Shown: one piece after another, positions 1 to 64,000 of the stretch
How the letters are laid out: every line of letters begins with the position of its first letter
How positions within the stretch are numbered: position 1 is the first letter of the stretch
Assembly: GCF_009914755.1 (NCBI RefSeq)
Contig: NC_060926.1
Length of the DNA: 64,000 bases
Strand: one strand, 5' to 3'
Source: the human T2T-CHM13v2.0 reference genome, Homo sapiens
The notes under the pieces: generated by a model
Seen by the model: the letters and a program-made list of their open reading frames with translations, nothing else
Databases searched by the model: none
Told to the model about the DNA's origin: nothing
Position numbers and translations under genes: made by a program

Positions 1-1252
1 TGGTGGAAGAAAAAGAAAAGTATGATTCCAATGAATTAATTTGACTTAGTCAGGAAATAGTTCTTGATGTTGTATCCTGATGTGGCCATCCCAACTTGAA
101 GTTATGTATTCCTTTTGTTTCATTTATTTTGCTTCCTTCTATTGGCTTTTTTTTTTTTTTTTTTTTTTTGCTATAGAAAGGAGGTTGAAGAAATAATGAA
201 AGCTTGTGCTTTTGTAAAGCAGAAATTGTGATTGATCTTCGCAGTCTCCAATTTGACTAAATAGTTGGGTTCATCTGCTTCTTTTTTGTTGTTGTTTGTT
301 ATTTTTTTAATAATTTATGTTTCTCAACATACAGTGTGACAATGATTAAATGAAATTACTTTTCATTTAGATTCTAATATATATTCTTCTATTATGAACC
401 TCTCGATGTTTCACTTCTAAGTATGCATTCCTTTCAACGGTGAAAGACTTCTAAAGTAGCGTGTAGAAAATATTTCTTTCTTCAGAAAAATTACAGGTAA
501 ATATATGTCTGTGTTAGAATTATAAAAAGTTAAACTTGTAACACACTTGCATTTCAATCAGGCAAACTCTGTTTCTCTCTCTTTCTTTCTCTTTTTCTAT
601 CTATGGTATTTCCTTTGTGTTAGTGTTTCCCTAAAATGCTATCTGTATGTTTTATTTATAGTTTTATAAATAATTTTCCTATAAAAATAAATTGATTCTG
701 ATGAAGTGAACACCTTGTTATAAAGATAAACCCATCCTTAAATGAATCTCTTGGGCATGCTGCCCAATATTTATTGTTACCAACTTTCATTATTTCTTAA
801 GTAGCACAAAAATAGTGAGCACACAATTGGAAAAAGACAGAGAAGTGGTCCCTAAGGACTTACTACTGTCCATCAAGAGATAATAATAATAAATACCATT
901 TAGAAACAAAATTCGTCAGAACTCAGAGAATATATATTCCCATCCCAGGGCTTCCAATAACTTTTTTTAATTAAACAATGAGTAATTGAATATTCACATC
1001 CTTTGGTGTTAATGAATAAGCTGAAGGGCTACACTTTCTGGGCTATTTAATAGTAAGCAAAAATTAATGATTAGCTTCTTAAAATTATATTTACATACAT
1101 AGTAAAAGTTAATCCAGAAATATAGAGTTATAGAGTAAATCTATAGAAGATACAAGGTGGGATAATTAAAAATGCATTGGATACTAAGACAATGAAACAA
1201 AGGATTAATAAGTCATCAGTATTAGAGTGTTCTAAAAATTAGTGCTGTATCA

Positions 1253-61269
<60,017 letters not shown>

Positions 61270-62779
61270 CTAAAATAAAAGGAATACAGATATTTTAAAG
61301 AGAGGACTAAGAGATGTTAATATAAATAAATTCTTGTCATGAAACATGAGCTAGAGGATTTAAAGTCTGTTTTCTCCTTAAATTGAAAGGTGATTTCTAA
61401 AGAAAAAATTTTAACACAAATGGTTTCTGTGTTGAGTTTAGTTAAGCATCACTTATTTATTAATTCTTGTGCTTTACTGATACAGGAACTGTGCCATGAG
61501 TTTTAAAAGTGGTTCAAATATGGCCTTAATCAAAGTACATTAGGCTAATTAACACTATATCACTAATGAGTTATTCAGTCTGTGACACACCCAGAAGATG
61601 GAGACTGTGCGTATAAAGGCAAAGGATAGCTCATTTAACAAGGATGAGGGGAAAAGGAATTGTCTCTGAGAGGACATAAAATCTAACCCTCTAGGTCTGA
61701 CAAGTGATTCCTGGCCAAGATAGTCAGGATAGTTTGCAGTGACCAACCTTAATGACCAATCAAATAGTTATTGCTGTCTTGACTGGGCTTTAACCTCTTC
61801 TAAGATTTGAGACAACTGGAACTATGTCCTGCTCACTTCACTAGCCATGCATGGTTGGCTTACTTGAACACATAAAGATAAAGACAGTCCACGGTTGGAC
61901 AAATGTCATTTATGTGAGTAAGAAGGAGAGGAAAACTAGGCTGTAAAGAAATTGCTAGATGGAGGTGGGGGTGGAAGAAGATAGCTGTAGGTGCAGGAGA
62001 CAGCAGGAGTCTCCTGTTTCAAGAAAAATGATCAGAAAGAAGTCAGGGTGCCATAAACTCAATAGAAACTAAGTGTTTTTCTTCACTGAAGCAATAATGA
62101 AATTCTTGCTGATTCTATAGTCCTATAGTGCTAACCATATTATGAAGGCCTGAGGCAAAACCGTCAACCCCATACAGCAGAGTCAGACCTGATCTGATGC
62201 CAGACGCCAAATCCCAAATGTATTGTTTTAAGGCATATTTAATATGAGCTCAGATTTCACAGATATTACTGAGCCAAAATATTCCAGAGCCTAAGCTGCC
62301 ACTTGGCCATGAATTTTATTTGGAGACTGCATTAACTCATTAAGGTCAGCAAGCTATGGTACAGTTAATTATAGCTTTGGTGTATATGAACTACAATAAG
62401 AAAATTGCAGGCATAATTATTTTGTGAGGGACAGAGACCTCAAATTTCAAGGAGGTTCTCATTGTTGTGAGGTTTATAACCATATTTTTCAGAGTGGATG
62501 ATCAAAAGAAGGGAGGACTCAAGTTTAAATTTGTACCCTTAGTCTACTAAGTGAAGTTTTCAGCGGTTCTTAGAACTTAACCTGCAGTTATTTAGTACCT
62601 GCAAGAATAGGTTGTCTGTAAATCAATGAAAACTGAATGTTCTGTCTACAAACTCTGGTTCCCCTACAAGGCATCAGGAAAATACTAACATTTATTTTTT
62701 GCAAATAAAAGTTTAGGGATAACAAATATAGTAACTTTTCTCAAAAGGGAAATAAAATATTCTGATGTATATATATAGT

Positions 62780-64000
62780 TTTTATTTTTAAATAGCTTTT
62801 TGATAGAAAATATATGTAAATGATATAAATGCAAATATCTAAAAGAAAATGCAGTATAATATCTCCTTTTTACCTTGTTTCCCCAGGCCCAGTTCCCCTT
62901 CCTAGAGGCAACTACTACTACTTATCTCCCATATATATTTCCAGGTATTCAATAGGTATATGCTAGAACATGAGTGTATGTATACATATTCTATTTTAAA
63001 ATACATATTCAAATGGAATCTTATTATACAAACTGTTTTACACCAGCATTTTTTACTTAAAATGTATATTAGAGTTCATTTATCTTAATTTTTATAGATT
63101 TGACTCGTACCTATTACTGGCTACATGGGTTTCCATTGCATGTTATGTGCCATAATTTATTTAACCAATTCCCTGAATGTGAGTATTTGGGTTGTTTCCA
63201 ATCTTTAGCTAATATTGAATAAAGTTGCAAGTAATACATTTTTACACACATACTTTCAAATATATGTGGATATATTTATAAAATTAATTTTTAAAGGTAG
63301 ACTTGGCTTTGTACAGAATGTTTATTTATGATAGTTACTGCAAAACTACTTTCTATGGAGTTTGTATGAACTTATTCTCCTGACAGCAATGTAACAGAGT
63401 GCCTATTTATCCTCACCAATATAATATGTTATCATATTTTTGATATTTCCAATCTGACAGGGACAAAGATGAGAGCATATTATAATTTTAATTTGCATTT
63501 GTCTTACTATGAGAAAAGTGGAATATATTTTTCTTATACTTAAGAATTATTTTTTATTTTCTTTCCTGCAACTGCTTATTTAAAAACAGCCCATTTTTTC
63601 CTTCTATTTTTTTCAATCTATAGCATCTTTTAAGACAAAATATTAGCCACTTGATTTTTTGATGTGTGGTCTTTTAAAAATGTATATTTTTTGACTTTAT
63701 GGTGCTTTGTGCTACAGATTTTAAAAGATTTAATTAAAAATGTTAAAATTGTTAGGTGATTATCTAATTCTTCTTTGGCTTCTGGATACTGTATAATGCT
63801 TAGAAAGGCATCCAGAGAGATGGGCAGTAAGGGGTAGGAAAAAGGATATAAAATATATACATACACACACATGCATCTGTATCACCTTTCCCTCTTGTAT
63901 TTTTAGTATTTTGGTGGTTTAATGTTATAAGTTTAAATATTTTATCTATTTGGAATTTATTTTCTATATGGAGTGAGGTAGAGATCAAAGAACAACTAAA
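62780..64000 (-). mobile_element. Ancient L1M 3' region, heavily diverged
   Basis: ccataatttatttaaccaattccc, tttgggttgtttccaat and ttttaatttgcattt motifs; boundaries approximate. Confidence 0.65.

Overview
Human genomic DNA, AT-rich and repeat-laden, containing the 5' two-thirds of SCN1A (voltage-gated sodium channel Nav1.1) on the minus strand. Coding exons 1-18 (classical 26-exon numbering, c.1-3705, codons 1-1235) were traced by hand with all splice sites and phases consistent. The promoters, non-coding 5' exons and exons 19-26 lie outside the window. I see no new gene or undescribed multi-gene system; the interest lies in RNA processing. Points worth noting: a U12 AT-AC intron 2; tandem exons 5N/5A with the donor-weakening +5A allele; three in-frame donors on exon 11; a NAGNAG acceptor on exon 10; a 228-nt Alu-derived cassette with an in-frame stop in intron 1 (probably the reported poison exon 1N); and four uATGs within 49 nt of the start codon. 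The least explained feature is a perfect 61-bp inverted repeat around a ~1-kb loop in intron 1. Alleles at four sites (Thr1067, c.603-91A, c.1212G, c.2292C) suggest a common non-GRCh38 haplotype. Repeat subfamily names and rsIDs are from memory and need checking.
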